Source: a virus. Taken from it: DNA of 64,000 nt. Location of the stretch: positions 40,615 to 104,614 of the IMG/VR virus record IMGVR_UViG_3300044837_000085. One strand, 5' to 3'. Shown here one piece after another: positions 1 to 9,425 of the stretch. The translations under genes and the position numbers were made by a program. The notes under the pieces were generated by a model, which was given only the letters and a program-made list of their open reading frames with translations, searched no databases and was not told the DNA's origin. Numbering within the stretch: position 1 is the first letter of the stretch; each line of letters starts with the position of its first letter.

Positions 1-787
1 TGACGGCCCTCGCTGCTAGATCATCGGCGTTGCAGTCCTTTCCGATGACCTCGACCTTCTTAGGTGCGCTCTTACCCGAGCCCGCGTCCACTTCAGATGC
101 TCGGCTGTTTTCGCTTCCGGTCTCGCAAAGTGGCTTGGAGATCGGACCTAGTGCTGCGGTCGGTATTGAATTAGCTGCCCCGAAAATATCGCGTTCGGGG
201 CCACACGCGGCAGGAGCTGTACTGCTTGCCGATCCCGCGTTCAGGGATGTGTTTTCAAGTGCGGTCGGCGCTTCATCTAAATCTAAAGCCGATGTTATAA
301 ATGAAGGAGTTATAGGGTCATGGCAGCCTCCTGCGTTGGCCCGGTCGATCGACATCCCTGATGCAATCGATGGGCTGGGCCTTGCGGGCACATCATGGCC
401 TTCGCAAGGGATTCCTGAATTAGAAAAAGCGGCGGGCGCTGGAATTTGCAGGTCAGCGCCCGCCGAATTCGGTGCATCAACCTGGGCAGGTAGTGACGCG
501 ACCGAGTCTGAATTGGAAAAATCGGCTGGTGCAGAAGGGGGAGCAACGGCACCAGCCGCCGACGCGTCACAAGGGGCGGCCGAGGACGCGGCGGATAGGG
601 ATTCGCCCGCTGCATATACCGATGTCTCCAACGGCACGGCCTCTCCCGAAGGCAGAGGTTCGAAAGGGACAGCGGGCGAAACAGGAATAACAACGGTCGC
701 CGCCACGGGGGTTAGGGCATGGGAGACGACGACCGTATCCGCGCTGGTGGCGGAATTGAATTCGAATGGATTAGGAAGCTTCGTCAT
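1..787 (-). CDS. Hypothetical Ala/Ser/Pro-rich low-complexity protein, partial (runs off left edge)
   Basis: ATG at 787 overlaps the upstream stop (ATGA); frame MTKLPNPFEFNSATS... stays open to the edge; same direction as the Cro operon. Confidence 0.65.
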   Translation of the reverse strand, partial: MTKLPNPFEFNSATSADTVVVSHALTPVAATVVIPVSPAVPFEPLPSGEAVPLETSVYAAGESLSAASSAAPCDASAAGAVAPPSAPADFSNSDSVASLPAQVDAPNSAGADLQIPAPAAFSNSGIPCEGHDVPARPSPSIASGMSIDRANAGGCHDPITPSFITSALDLDEAPTALENTSLNAGSASSTAPAACGPERDIFGAANSIPTAALGPISKPLCETGSENSRASEVDAGSGKSAPKKVEVIGKDCNADDLAARAV

Positions 788-1092
788 GCTTCCACCTTTT
801 GAGAAGCGGAGCGGAGGATTTCATGAGCGAATTCGATAGAAGTCTCGCGCTCTGTGACAGGACGAAAACGATCGAGGCGGAAACTAGGCTCCGAATCCTC
901 TGCGTTAAGCCAAGATGCAACGGGGTTACGAAGTTCCTCAAGCAGCACACCAACAGTGTTTACTGCAGTGATGAATGGCAGATCGCGAATAGTGTAAATA
1001 TTTCCGCGCACCGGATACATGCGGAAGAGGACGAAGCGTTCATCCATGGAATCATCAACGCAAACCACTTTTTGCCCAACATGAAATGTCAT
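784..1092 (-). CDS. Hypothetical phage protein (MTFHVGQKVVCVDD...)
   Basis: ATGA-coupled to both neighbours; typical small phage protein. Confidence 0.7.
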   Translation of the reverse strand: MTFHVGQKVVCVDDSMDERFVLFRMYPVRGNIYTIRDLPFITAVNTVGVLLEELRNPVASWLNAEDSEPSFRLDRFRPVTERETSIEFAHEILRSASQKVEA

Positions 1093-1193
1093 GCGCGCGT
1101 CCCCGGAGTGAATAAGGCGTAAGCCACGAGACACGCAGCCAGTAAGCCGAATGCGATTGGAGCGATATCGAGGATGAGTTGGAAGTAGGTCAT
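1089..1193 (-). CDS. Small membrane peptide (34 aa)
   Basis: MTYFQLILDIAPIAFGLLAACLVAYALFTPGTRA; ATGA overlaps at both ends. Confidence 0.55.
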   Translation of the reverse strand: MTYFQLILDIAPIAFGLLAACLVAYALFTPGTRA

Positions 1194-1585
1194 GAAGCAC
1201 CCCGTTGAAATGGTGCGACGTTAGTTGTGTTGCGTGGAAGGTTTTCAGCGATGTCGAAGTCGAAGCCATACGGCCCGGCTTCCGGAATTGAGTTTCCGAT
1301 GATGGCGGAGCATGTGACGCGGTCACGCGCCCTTCCCTGTCTAATCGACCTGGGCTGTTGGATGCTTGGGCCATCACCGGAACTGGAATTAAGCGCTCCG
1401 GCCACCGTTGGGGCTGAGTTGGTGACCGGAGCTATCGCATCCAACCGGACATCGGATGCAATCTGTAAAAGAATTGCTGAGATCAGCGCAGCTTCGCATT
1501 CGTCGCACAGCAGGAAGCCTAGCTCGACCTCAACCGCTGCGGGATGTGCGCATTCAGCGCATTGGAGGGTGCTGTTGCGATTCAT
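1190..1585 (-). CDS. Hypothetical protein with N-terminal CxxC..CxxC zinc ribbon
   Basis: CAEC...CDEC motif; coupled to the downstream gene. Confidence 0.5.
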   Translation of the reverse strand: MNRNSTLQCAECAHPAAVEVELGFLLCDECEAALISAILLQIASDVRLDAIAPVTNSAPTVAGALNSSSGDGPSIQQPRSIRQGRARDRVTCSAIIGNSIPEAGPYGFDFDIAENLPRNTTNVAPFQRGAS

Positions 1586-1719
1586 GCGGCGTGACCAAAT
1601 CTTGTTCCAAAACGGAACCGATTGTGGCGAGATGCCGAAAAAATATTTTTCAAATCCCAGTTGTGTAACGTGCCGTACACAGTCCAGAATACATCTCTTG
1701 CGTGCGGCAGGGGGTGACA

Positions 1720-1977
1720 ATGGGTTCGCCAAAAATGGTCGATATTCCGGGCATTCCGGAATACTTCATGACGGAAGTTGGAAGGACGGAAGGTGCGGGC
1801 GGCGACTGCGTCAGGATTTACAACTGTGTCGAGCGTGGCGGATTTTTGATCCCGCAATGCACAGTGATAATTCCGGCGAGAAGCCTGATCGTTGCGTCGC
1901 GCGTCGTTTCCGAGGCGGCGCAGAAGGTGTTCGCAATCGAGCATGCGGAAAAACGGCAACCGATCCGCCATCACTGA
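1720..1977 (+). CDS. Hypothetical protein, convergent with cro
   Basis: GGGGG RBS then ATG; globular-looking 85-aa product. Confidence 0.45.
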   Translation: MGSPKMVDIPGIPEYFMTEVGRTEGAGGDCVRIYNCVERGGFLIPQCTVIIPARSLIVASRVVSEAAQKVFAIEHAEKRQPIRHH

Positions 1978-2213
1978 GCCTCCCCGAATATTTTTTCGTG
2001 GGTCTCGATGAGGTCGGGGCGAAGGTCTTTTGCTGGGATGCCTGTTCGTTCGGCGATCCCCGGCAGAAGATGGGGCTCGATCTTCCGGATGCCCTTTTCC
2101 CATCGAGCAACGGTGGTTTTGGAGACGCGAAGCTTGCGCGCCAGGTCCGCCTTGGTGAGCGGCGGCGTCTGGCTTTGCCTGTAGATTCGGAGGGGATGCA
2201 CGGCGGCGTTCAT
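1971..2213 (-). CDS. cro: Cro-like XRE helix-turn-helix regulator
   Basis: LTKADLARKLRVSKTTVARWEKG HTH, ends LRPDL; divergent from the repressor. Confidence 0.85.
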   Translation of the reverse strand: MNAAVHPLRIYRQSQTPPLTKADLARKLRVSKTTVARWEKGIRKIEPHLLPGIAERTGIPAKDLRPDLIETHEKIFGEAQ

Positions 2214-2222
2214 GCGCCATTG

Positions 2223-2316
2223 GTAACCGCTCCGGTCACGATCCGTCAAGAGGGAAAGTGACCATTCCGGACACTTTTTTTGTGGGTGGATCGGCTACAG
2301 TAACCGGCATGGTTAC
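2223..2316. promoter_or_regulatory. Right operator: three 17-bp operators plus leftward cro promoter
   Basis: GTAACCgctccGGTCAC 2223-2239, GTGACCattccGGACAC 2258-2274, GTAACCggcatGGTTAC 2300-2316; minus-strand -35 TTGACG at 2249-2244. Confidence 0.8.
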
Positions 2317-2632
2317 CCGTTCTAAGCCTCAGATCGTCTATCCTCGCCTATGGCGGAAGTTCATGGGCGTTAAGCCAGGACTGCTTGCCGCGGCCCTAAA
2401 GATAGATGAAAAGTCCTATTTCAGGCTTGAGCGAGAGACGTGGCGGATCGAGCTGCCGGAACTCGCGATTCTCGCCAAGGTCATTGGCATAAGGATAGAG
2501 CAGCTATTCTGGCCGCCGCCGAAGCCTGGGGAAAAGCCGGTTGTTAGCTTGGACGAACTAGCCAAGGAGGCCACCCCGGAGAAGCGGGCCGCGATAGTGG
2601 GTGCCGTCAGGGGCATTTTGGGTAGTAGCTAG
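2309..2632 (+). CDS. CI-like XRE repressor (no S24 peptidase domain)
   Basis: HTH LLAAALKIDEKSYFRLERE...LAILAKVIGIRIEQLF; divergent from cro and flanked by operators. Confidence 0.75.
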   Translation: MVTRSKPQIVYPRLWRKFMGVKPGLLAAALKIDEKSYFRLERETWRIELPELAILAKVIGIRIEQLFWPPPKPGEKPVVSLDELAKEATPEKRAAIVGAVRGILGSS

Positions 2633-2656
2633 GGCCAGTGTCCAATTCGAATCGCG

Positions 2657-2682
2657 AAAAGCCCGCCTTTTGGCGGGTTTTT
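2657..2682. terminator. Intrinsic (bidirectional) terminator after the repressor
   Basis: AAAAGCCCGCC TTTT GGCGGGTTTTT. Confidence 0.85.
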
Positions 2683-2699
2683 ATTGCGTCCAAAAATAA

Positions 2700-2754
2700 G
2701 TAGCCGCTCCGGTCACTTTTGCTATTGACGAATGGTGACCAACGCGGTTACCTT
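2700..2754 (+). promoter_or_regulatory. Early promoter (PL equivalent) with two operators
   Basis: GTAGCCgctccGGTCAC 2700-2716; -35 TTGACG 2725-2730; GTGACCaacgcGGTTAC 2735-2751 overlapping the -10 region. Confidence 0.8.
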
Positions 2755-2800
2755 CTCCCCACGCTCGGCAAATCCCCGCTGAGTGGTCTGGGAGTGGCAG

Positions 2801-3193
2801 ATGGCCGATGGGAATTTTTCGATCAGTGACAGGACGCTAGCGAACTTCTCTAAAATCCTGCGCGACCGCTCGCTTTGGCCAACATGGTTTGTTGAATGGG
2901 ATTATGGCGATTGCGGCAAATGCGCGATGGGCTTGGCCTGCGCCGTTTGGGGAGGACCGTATCCATGCGCGCTTGCCATGGCCCAAATGTTTTCGTTTCC
3001 GTTGCGCGATGCAAAGACAATCTTTCTTGGCGCACATCACATTCTCGGCGTTCGGTTTTCGAGCATCACGCCTGAGAATATCGCCGACCTGATCGACCGT
3101 CGTCTCCAGCCCGTCGTCTTGCACAAAACGGATATCAGCGCGCTGAAGGCTCTCTTGCTCCCCGGCGCTAAGATTCCAGAGGGCGCACAGTAG
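2801..3193 (+). CDS. Hypothetical protein, first gene of early operon
   Basis: GGAG RBS then ATG downstream of the promoter. Confidence 0.65.
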   Translation: MADGNFSISDRTLANFSKILRDRSLWPTWFVEWDYGDCGKCAMGLACAVWGGPYPCALAMAQMFSFPLRDAKTIFLGAHHILGVRFSSITPENIADLIDRRLQPVVLHKTDISALKALLLPGAKIPEGAQ

Positions 3194-3195
3194 TC

Positions 3196-3534
3196 ATGTC
3201 CGACGCCGCCACCATCACCCACGCGATGTGCGAATTGGATGAGCGGATTTCGCGCGGCGAAGGAAGCTTGCTCTATGCAATCTCGCGACCGGGTCCGGGC
3301 GGTTCGAAGCACTCGCACATGCTGCGCGTCATGTCGATTTCATATCCGGACGCGGATTATCCATGGATTGAAGTTTCGGAGCCGGGAGGCTGCGGCTGCG
3401 TAGCGCGGATTTCGCTGGCCCAACTGGCGCACGTCCTGATCAACACGTCGATGCCGGAGCTTCTTGGCTTGGCTGCGCGCGAAGTCTGTCCGCATGGACA
3501 CCCTCATCACGGCGAGAGGGACGAGCAAGCATGA
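3196..3534 (+). CDS. Hypothetical protein
   Basis: ORF in tightly packed operon. Confidence 0.6.
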   Translation: MSDAATITHAMCELDERISRGEGSLLYAISRPGPGGSKHSHMLRVMSISYPDADYPWIEVSEPGGCGCVARISLAQLAHVLINTSMPELLGLAAREVCPHGHPHHGERDEQA

Positions 3535-4247
3535 CCGACGCCGCCACCATATCCCTAGACGTTACCCCAGCAATGGCGGAACTGCTGCGCGCGGGTGCGG
3601 CGGATGCGCGTGGGTTGTGCTGCAGTCCGGGTCGGGTGGAAAAGAATTTCGCGACACTGCATGAATGCGAGAAACTTGGATTTATCCGGTTTCTCGATAT
3701 CGAGCGTCCATGGATTACGGATAAGGGCCGGGCCGCAATAGGCGAGCCCTCGGGCGCCGAAGCTAGCCTGGCTCGTCTGCGAGCGTTTTCGCGAGAGCGT
3801 CGCAGGCTCGAGCCAGAGAAGCGGGCCGATCCGCGAACGGACTTCGACTACCGCGCCTATAAATCAATGAACTGGGTTTGCACGCTCGCCATCCGCCAGC
3901 CCGATCCGCGCGAGAAGCCGCAGACGATTCGCGTCGGGAAGTCGCTGCACAGCGAAGCGCAATATCTCGGCGGCAAAAATTCAATCGTCCAGCCGGAGAG
4001 CGAAGGACGGTTCGTGCTCACGCTTGTGCCGAACTGGATGACGCGACCGATCACGAAGCTGGGGCGCTTGGCGCCTGCAATCTTCTCAAGCTATCCACTC
4101 GCGCTCGATCCCGACGATCCGGATTTCACGGAGGAGGAACGCGCGCTTTGGGATCGACTGCGGAACGTTTGTTTTTCAGTCAACTCCCGCATCCGGAATG
4201 CGGGTCGGCGTCCGCATGAGAAGCGTCGTTTCGGGGAGTATGCGTAA
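3531..4247 (+). CDS. Hypothetical protein
   Basis: 238-aa ORF, ATGA-coupled. Confidence 0.65.
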   Translation: MTDAATISLDVTPAMAELLRAGAADARGLCCSPGRVEKNFATLHECEKLGFIRFLDIERPWITDKGRAAIGEPSGAEASLARLRAFSRERRRLEPEKRADPRTDFDYRAYKSMNWVCTLAIRQPDPREKPQTIRVGKSLHSEAQYLGGKNSIVQPESEGRFVLTLVPNWMTRPITKLGRLAPAIFSSYPLALDPDDPDFTEEERALWDRLRNVCFSVNSRIRNAGRRPHEKRRFGEYA

Positions 4248-4365
4248 TGAACAAGCATCTCGCGAACGTCGTTGCATTCCGCAAGCCGCTTGAAGCACTG
4301 CGGCGAGACGAGATCGTCCTGCGCGATTGTGGCATCAACGGTCAGTTCGTTCGGTTGAGGGACTG

Positions 4366-4548
4366 ATGATGCATCCGGGATGGAAAGTATTCATGCAGGG
4401 TTGGGGTTGCGGCATGTTCATTGTCGCCACCATGGCGTGGTTAGCGCGCGGCGACATTCTAGGCGCGTCCGTCTGCGGAACGATTTTCATTCTGACGTTT
4501 GTATGCGGCGGGCTGAATGCGGATCGATTGAAACGGGTGGCAACATGA
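4366..4548 (+). CDS. Small two-TM membrane protein
   Basis: Two hydrophobic stretches; coupled start and stop. Confidence 0.5.
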   Translation: MMHPGWKVFMQGWGCGMFIVATMAWLARGDILGASVCGTIFILTFVCGGLNADRLKRVAT

Positions 4549-5009
4549 CACTCCGTCAACGCGATCCGAGAATTAGGGACGATCTTCATTTGAAGTTTGT
4601 CCGCGGGAAACCCTGCTGTGTCTGCGGGTCAATGCGCGAAGTTGAAGCAGCTCACTTACGCATGCGACGTCCGGGCAAGGAATCGGGATTGGGCGAGAAG
4701 CCGCATGATTTTTTTGTGACTCCATTGTGTGCGTACCACCACCGCACAGGCATTCTAGCGCAACACAAAATTTCGGAAGAGCACTTCTGGTTCGAAATTC
4801 ACGGCCTCAACCCGTTCCAGATCGCATCCCGTCTCTGGATCGAATCCGGTGGCGCAGCGCGAGCGCTTGAACCGAAGCCCGCGAAACGTCCCCGCAAGAT
4901 CGCTGCACGCAAGCCGCAAGAACAGCGCGCTAAGATCCGGTCACGCGCCACGTTCCCGCAAGGACGCAAGCTTCAATCTCGCGGTTTCGAGCGGGGGAGG
5001 CCCGCATGA
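4545..5009 (+). CDS. DUF968 / HNH-like zinc-binding protein
   Basis: PCCVCG...EAAH...KPHDFFVTPLCAYHH motif. Confidence 0.75.
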   Translation: MTLRQRDPRIRDDLHLKFVRGKPCCVCGSMREVEAAHLRMRRPGKESGLGEKPHDFFVTPLCAYHHRTGILAQHKISEEHFWFEIHGLNPFQIASRLWIESGGAARALEPKPAKRPRKIAARKPQEQRAKIRSRATFPQGRKLQSRGFERGRPA

Positions 5010-5254
5010 CCTCCCTCGCCTATCCCGTCACACAGCCCGTTGAATTCTGGACGTACAGCAACGATGCGCGCGAGACCTGGCCACAATGGGTGCAGCGCCG
5101 AACGATCACGATCGACGGCGAGTTGGTGCATGAGCACTGGTCCGGCCGGCAGGTGTTGTATCGCGGTGAGACTTTGGTTCGCGAACTCGACGGCGCGCAG
5201 AATTTTTATACGCCCAGTGAGTTTGAAGGAGCGTTTGAAGTGAGACCAGCATGA
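5006..5254 (+). CDS. Hypothetical protein
   Basis: ATGA-coupled ORF. Confidence 0.6.
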   Translation: MTSLAYPVTQPVEFWTYSNDARETWPQWVQRRTITIDGELVHEHWSGRQVLYRGETLVRELDGAQNFYTPSEFEGAFEVRPA

Positions 5255-5349
5255 TCGACCTCCTGCAAGACATCTTCTGCATCCTGGCTGTGCCGACGAT
5301 TCTATTGGGTATTGCTGTAGCGCGCGAGTATGGGCTCGCACGGTGTTGA
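5251..5349 (+). CDS. Small membrane peptide (paralog of 7149-7244)
   Basis: MIDLLQDIFCILAVPTILLGIAVAREYGLARC; ATGA overlap. Confidence 0.6.
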   Translation: MIDLLQDIFCILAVPTILLGIAVAREYGLARC

Positions 5350-5362
5350 AGGAAGAGGGCTG

Positions 5363-5689
5363 ATGGCTAACTGGCAAAGAACGCTTCGCCTCAACCCCGA
5401 GTGGGAGCAGGCGCAAGAGCATGAAATTTCAACGCAGGAATTGGCTGGAGCGGTGGCTACAAAGCTGAAACTGCTCAAGCCATTTAAGGCCGAATGGGAT
5501 GACATCAATACCGAGCGCGACGACATCGCTGATGAATTTCTCAATCTCGCTGAGGACGAGGCCGCCACGCAGCAGAACTTCAATTATGTGATGCAGTCGC
5601 TCTATGACTGGGGCGACCAGCGTCTCGACGGTGATTGGAACGGCAAGAAAGTTTGCTGGATCGATACCATGTCAAAGGTGCCCGCATGA
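5363..5689 (+). CDS. Hypothetical acidic phage protein
   Basis: RBS plus ORF; LYDWGD motif. Confidence 0.65.
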   Translation: MANWQRTLRLNPEWEQAQEHEISTQELAGAVATKLKLLKPFKAEWDDINTERDDIADEFLNLAEDEAATQQNFNYVMQSLYDWGDQRLDGDWNGKKVCWIDTMSKVPA

Positions 5690-5764
5690 CCCCGTGACCG
5701 GGCCACTCACGGCAAGTTGACGAATTTCCCGCGCCTCGGGGACTCAGGGGCAGGAGAAGAGAAG

Positions 5765-6073
5765 ATGATTAACCACCCTAACCGCAGCAAGCAAAATGGA
5801 GAACGCGCCGTTATCGTCACGACCGCGCACCGAGGCGTGTTCTTCGGCTACGCCGAAGATACGGACGGCGACGTTATCAAGCTGCGCGGAGCCAGGAATT
5901 GCGTCTACTGGTCAACCGGCGTCCGTGGTTTCATGGGTCTTGCCGCCACTGGACCGGACAAACAATCGAAAGTTGGTCCCGCCGCTGACATCGAAGTGCG
6001 CCAAATCACTAGCGTGATCGAGTGCACTCCGGGTGCCGTTAAGGCTTGGGAGGCTGCGCCATGGAGCCGGTAA
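5765..6073 (+). CDS. DUF6948-like protein
   Basis: VIVTTAHRGVFFG...ARNCVYW...GLAATG...VIECT; precedes a Gly-rich repeat gene as is typical for this family. Confidence 0.75.
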   Translation: MINHPNRSKQNGERAVIVTTAHRGVFFGYAEDTDGDVIKLRGARNCVYWSTGVRGFMGLAATGPDKQSKVGPAADIEVRQITSVIECTPGAVKAWEAAPWSR

Positions 6074-6732
6074 TTCTTAGAGGCGAACCGGCGAAGCTGG
6101 CGAGCCTTTACGGCTCCGGCTCCGGCTCCGGCTACGGCTCCGGCGACGGCGACGGCTCCGGCTCCGGCTCCGGCTCCGGCTACGGCTACGGCTACGGCTC
6201 CGGCTCCGGCTCCGGCTACGGCTACGGCTACGGCTACGGCTCCGGCGACGGCGACGGCTACGGCTCCGGCTCCGGCGACGGCTCCGGCTCCGGCTCCGGC
6301 TACGGCTACGGCTCCGGCTCCGGCTCCGGCTACGGCTCCGGCTACGGCTACGGCTCCGGCTCCGGCTACGGCTCCGGCTCCAAAGACTATTGGCAAGCCA
6401 CTATTCTTAACTTCGCGGCTAAATGGCCAGAAGCCCAGCGCGCAAGGCTAACCGACGCGAAGTTAAGCGGAGCAACGATCGCCTTTTGGCGATCGAGCGA
6501 CAAGGGTCTCCCGTCAAACGGCGGCGGGAAGATCGAGCCCGCTGCGCCCGGCGTGATCCATACCGCACCAGGGCCACTGCAAACCTGCCACAGCGGTACG
6601 CTGCACGCGACGCTGATCCCACCGAAATGGGAGGGGGCGCGCTGGTGGATCGTCGCGCTTCATGGCGAAGTCGTCGGTGATGAAGAAAAGTATGGCTGCC
6701 TGAAGCGTGAAATCTTGGGCGAGGCGACATGA
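6061..6732 (+). CDS. Gly/Ser/Tyr/Asp dipeptide-repeat protein with globular C-terminal domain
   Basis: About 90 aa of (G-S/Y/D)n, then a domain with C-x2-G-x-L-H. Confidence 0.8.
   Translation: MEPVILRGEPAKLASLYGSGSGSGYGSGDGDGSGSGSGSGYGYGYGSGSGSGYGYGYGYGSGDGDGYGSGSGDGSGSGSGYGYGSGSGSGYGSGYGYGSGSGYGSGSKDYWQATILNFAAKWPEAQRARLTDAKLSGATIAFWRSSDKGLPSNGGGKIEPAAPGVIHTAPGPLQTCHSGTLHATLIPPKWEGARWWIVALHGEVVGDEEKYGCLKREILGEAT
6109..6381 (+). repeat. Hexamer tandem repeat (TCC/TAC/GAC + GGC)
   Basis: About 45 contiguous units such as TCCGGC, TACGGC, GACGGC. Confidence 0.95.
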
Positions 6733-7148
6733 CCCCGACACCGAGCACCCCAGCCATTATTCGGGAGGTAGAAATGACATCGGATACCTATGCCGGTTTG
6801 GTCGTATCGACGGTCGCTATCGCGGCTCTTGCTGCGGCTTGGTGGTTCGCATGACCGCTGCACCTAACAGCATTCAGCCTAACATTGTGGAACGCATTCG
6901 TTCGCGCATCCATGATGCGCCTATGCCGATTGAGCATCTTCTGGACGAGGCCGCCGACCGCATCGAGGCGCTTAGGTTCATCAAGCCATGACCGGCTCCG
7001 TCCCGTTTTATCTGTTCTGCGCGGGTGCGGTCCTGCTGTTCGTCGCCGTTTGGCTGGACGGAAAGTACGACTGGATATTCAAGACATGGCCATGGTGGTT
7101 GCCCATTACGTTCGCGGCAATCGTTCTGGTGCAGATGGAAACATTCCG

Positions 7149-7244
7149 ATGATCGACATTCTCCAGAACTGGTTCTGCATCCTGGCAGTCCCGACCGCGC
7201 TTTTCTGGTACGTCCGCGCAAATGAATTGAGGCAGAGCCGATGA
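7149..7244 (+). CDS. Small membrane peptide (paralog of 5251-5349)
   Basis: MIDILQNWFCILAVPTALFWYVRANELRQSR. Confidence 0.6.
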   Translation: MIDILQNWFCILAVPTALFWYVRANELRQSR

Positions 7245-7761
7245 CGATAGTTTGCAGCCGTTGCAACGGCCCACACATGCGATCAGAGTGTCCGACGACA
7301 GGGCTACGGCCATTCTCCACTGACACCACCAAAGTCCTCGATGAGGCTCGGCTCCCGGCGCAGGAGGTGTTTGAGGCGTTCGCTTCAATCTCGCGTGCTG
7401 TGTACCGCATTCGCGAATGGGCAAAGGGCGAAGGTCCGTACTCTGAGTTCATCAAAGAGGCGGCTATTATCGAGCGCCGCCTAGAACAAATCGTCCTCGC
7501 CCTTCCCTTGCACGGTGTTGCCCAATCTGCACCGGAGCCTCAAACGCTCGCCGGCATGATCCATGCGATTTACGATGGTATGGACGCTGAAGATTGTTCT
7601 TTCATTGATTTTGAATGGGCGAGACAGCGCGGCTACATCTTGCCCGACAACGGCGCTGGTAAGCTTGCCCAAGCGGAAACAGAGCACGTTAAGGCGATTA
7701 TCCGGTACTTGACTGGTGCCCGTGCGCCATGGCATAGGATTCTCCGACAGGGCGGCGCTGC

Positions 7762-8448
7762 TTATTTAGGGTCCCAAGGAACTTGCCGTTCGGTTGGCCA
7801 TCCGGGGAACGGCTTTCTGACTAGCGGCTGTTCTTGCCATCCAACGATCACCGCTGGACTTGGGATGTCCGGCGATGGCTCCATCGGTAAGTATCTGCCG
7901 ATGCTCAAGCCGGTGCTCTCCGCTAGGGCTGTCATCATCTTACTGGCTAATTCCTCTTTTGGTTCGTACACGAGAACTCCAAAAAAGGCCCCTGGAATGA
8001 ATGTGTACAGTGGCTTCCACTCGGACTTAACGCCCGCCTTATGCAGCGCAATTGTAAGCACTACGCCAAAACGTTGCGCTTCTCGATCAGGGATTGAATA
8101 CACGTTTAGCTCTGTGACCATGCCTTTAATTTTGGCCACGAACTTTTCAATTTGCTCTGCGTTGATATCTCTAGGCTCAGTTTCCTTTAGAAGAGCAAGA
8201 CGGGCGCCCCTTTCGATTTCTAGTTTTTTATTTGCTTCAAGTGTATCCGCCTCAGAGATCGCCGCTCTTTGGTGGAGATCAGCAATGCTTTCTTCAAAAT
8301 CGTGGTCGCGGACGCGAGTTCCGAGCCACAATAACCCGACGCCACACATTGTGATGACCGCCCCCGCGACGGAGGCGCGCCATCCCCATGCGTAAAACTG
8401 ATTCGCGCGATCAATTGAAATATCAAAAAAATCGGCAATCCATCCCAT
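7762..8448 (-). CDS. IS passenger: membrane-anchored coiled-coil protein
   Basis: TM segment (ASVAGAVITMCGVGLLWL), then coiled coil and a globular domain; lies inside the TIRs. Confidence 0.75.
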   Translation of the reverse strand: MGWIADFFDISIDRANQFYAWGWRASVAGAVITMCGVGLLWLGTRVRDHDFEESIADLHQRAAISEADTLEANKKLEIERGARLALLKETEPRDINAEQIEKFVAKIKGMVTELNVYSIPDREAQRFGVVLTIALHKAGVKSEWKPLYTFIPGAFFGVLVYEPKEELASKMMTALAESTGLSIGRYLPMEPSPDIPSPAVIVGWQEQPLVRKPFPGWPTERQVPWDPK

Positions 8449-8513
8449 GGGGTCCGCTCGCCTTAATAGCTTTTGCCCTTTTGTGGGGGTGGTTGATGTT
8501 ATGGCTTAGTTTC

Positions 8514-9425
8514 TCAGCACCCCTCAATCGCCGTTCCGAAAATGTCATCGTTGAAGCGATTATTATACCTGAATTGGAACTCTGCAACGTAAAGTGGCAA
8601 ATACTTGGCGCTGACTTTGTGAAACGAACCAACGATACCGCGCTTGAAGATCGACCAGAAGCCCTCAATCGTTTGAGTATGCACCGCGCCGACAACGTAC
8701 TGCCCCTTGGCATGATCGACGGTCGCGTGAGGAAATTTCACGCCAAGGTGCTTGTAGCCCGCCCAACTATCGGTGCAGAGCAAACTAACCTTATCCGAGA
8801 CGGCTTCGTTCACGAACGCTTCCAACGTGGTGGCGCGGACGTTCTCGATCACGCGGGCGATGATGCTACCCTTGCGGCGCACTGCACCAGCAACAATCTC
8901 TTTCCCAACACCTCCGGTCCCGAGACCCTTTCCGCGCTTGTCCTTGTGCTTGTTCTTGGCGAGACCGCCGATCAGGGTTTCGTCAACTTCGACAATGCCG
9001 CCCAGCTTGGTTTCGGGTTCGATCAGAGCCGCGCGGATTTTGTGACACATGGAATGCGCGGTTTCGTAAGAGCCGAACCCCATGTGGCGTTGAACTTGGA
9101 GCGCGCTGATACCCTTTTTGCTGGTGAGCATGAGATGCACCACCTTGAACCACTGGCGAAGCGGCTTGTTGGTGTTCTCGAAAATGGTGCCCGCGATATG
9201 CGAGAAGCGATAACCGCCGCCCTTGACCGTCTCACACTCGTAGCACTGCCATTTAAGGCTCATCGTTTTGACGGGGAAAACGTTGACGTTGCCGCAACGG
9301 GGGCAGTTAACCCCATCGGGCCAGCGGCGCTTAACCAGATACTCACCGCAAGCCTGTTCATCGGGGAACATGGCTTCAAACTGGCCTTCGGTAAGCTGGT
9401 GAACTGGCTTAGGTCTGCGGGCCAT
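8514..9425 (-). CDS. IS1595-family (ISXO2-like) transposase
   Basis: RWPDG-CPRC..CYEC zinc ribbon, VEVDET, CTD, HTQTIEGFWS, EFQFRYN. Confidence 0.95.
   Translation of the reverse strand: MARRPKPVHQLTEGQFEAMFPDEQACGEYLVKRRWPDGVNCPRCGNVNVFPVKTMSLKWQCYECETVKGGGYRFSHIAGTIFENTNKPLRQWFKVVHLMLTSKKGISALQVQRHMGFGSYETAHSMCHKIRAALIEPETKLGGIVEVDETLIGGLAKNKHKDKRGKGLGTGGVGKEIVAGAVRRKGSIIARVIENVRATTLEAFVNEAVSDKVSLLCTDSWAGYKHLGVKFPHATVDHAKGQYVVGAVHTQTIEGFWSIFKRGIVGSFHKVSAKYLPLYVAEFQFRYNNRFNDDIFGTAIEGC

Noticed and set aside
30-839. 269-aa + strand ORF
   Set aside because: Antisense shadow of the minus-strand gene starting at 787, which is translationally coupled to the Cro operon
6109-6381. Possible CRISPR or guide-RNA array
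   Set aside because: Hexameric coding repeat with no unique spacers; no cas genes or other repeat-spacer array seen in the window
7241-8395. 384-aa ORF taken as a real protein
   Set aside because: Chimera: only the first ~151 codons are genuine; the rest is read-through into the IS, antisense to the passenger
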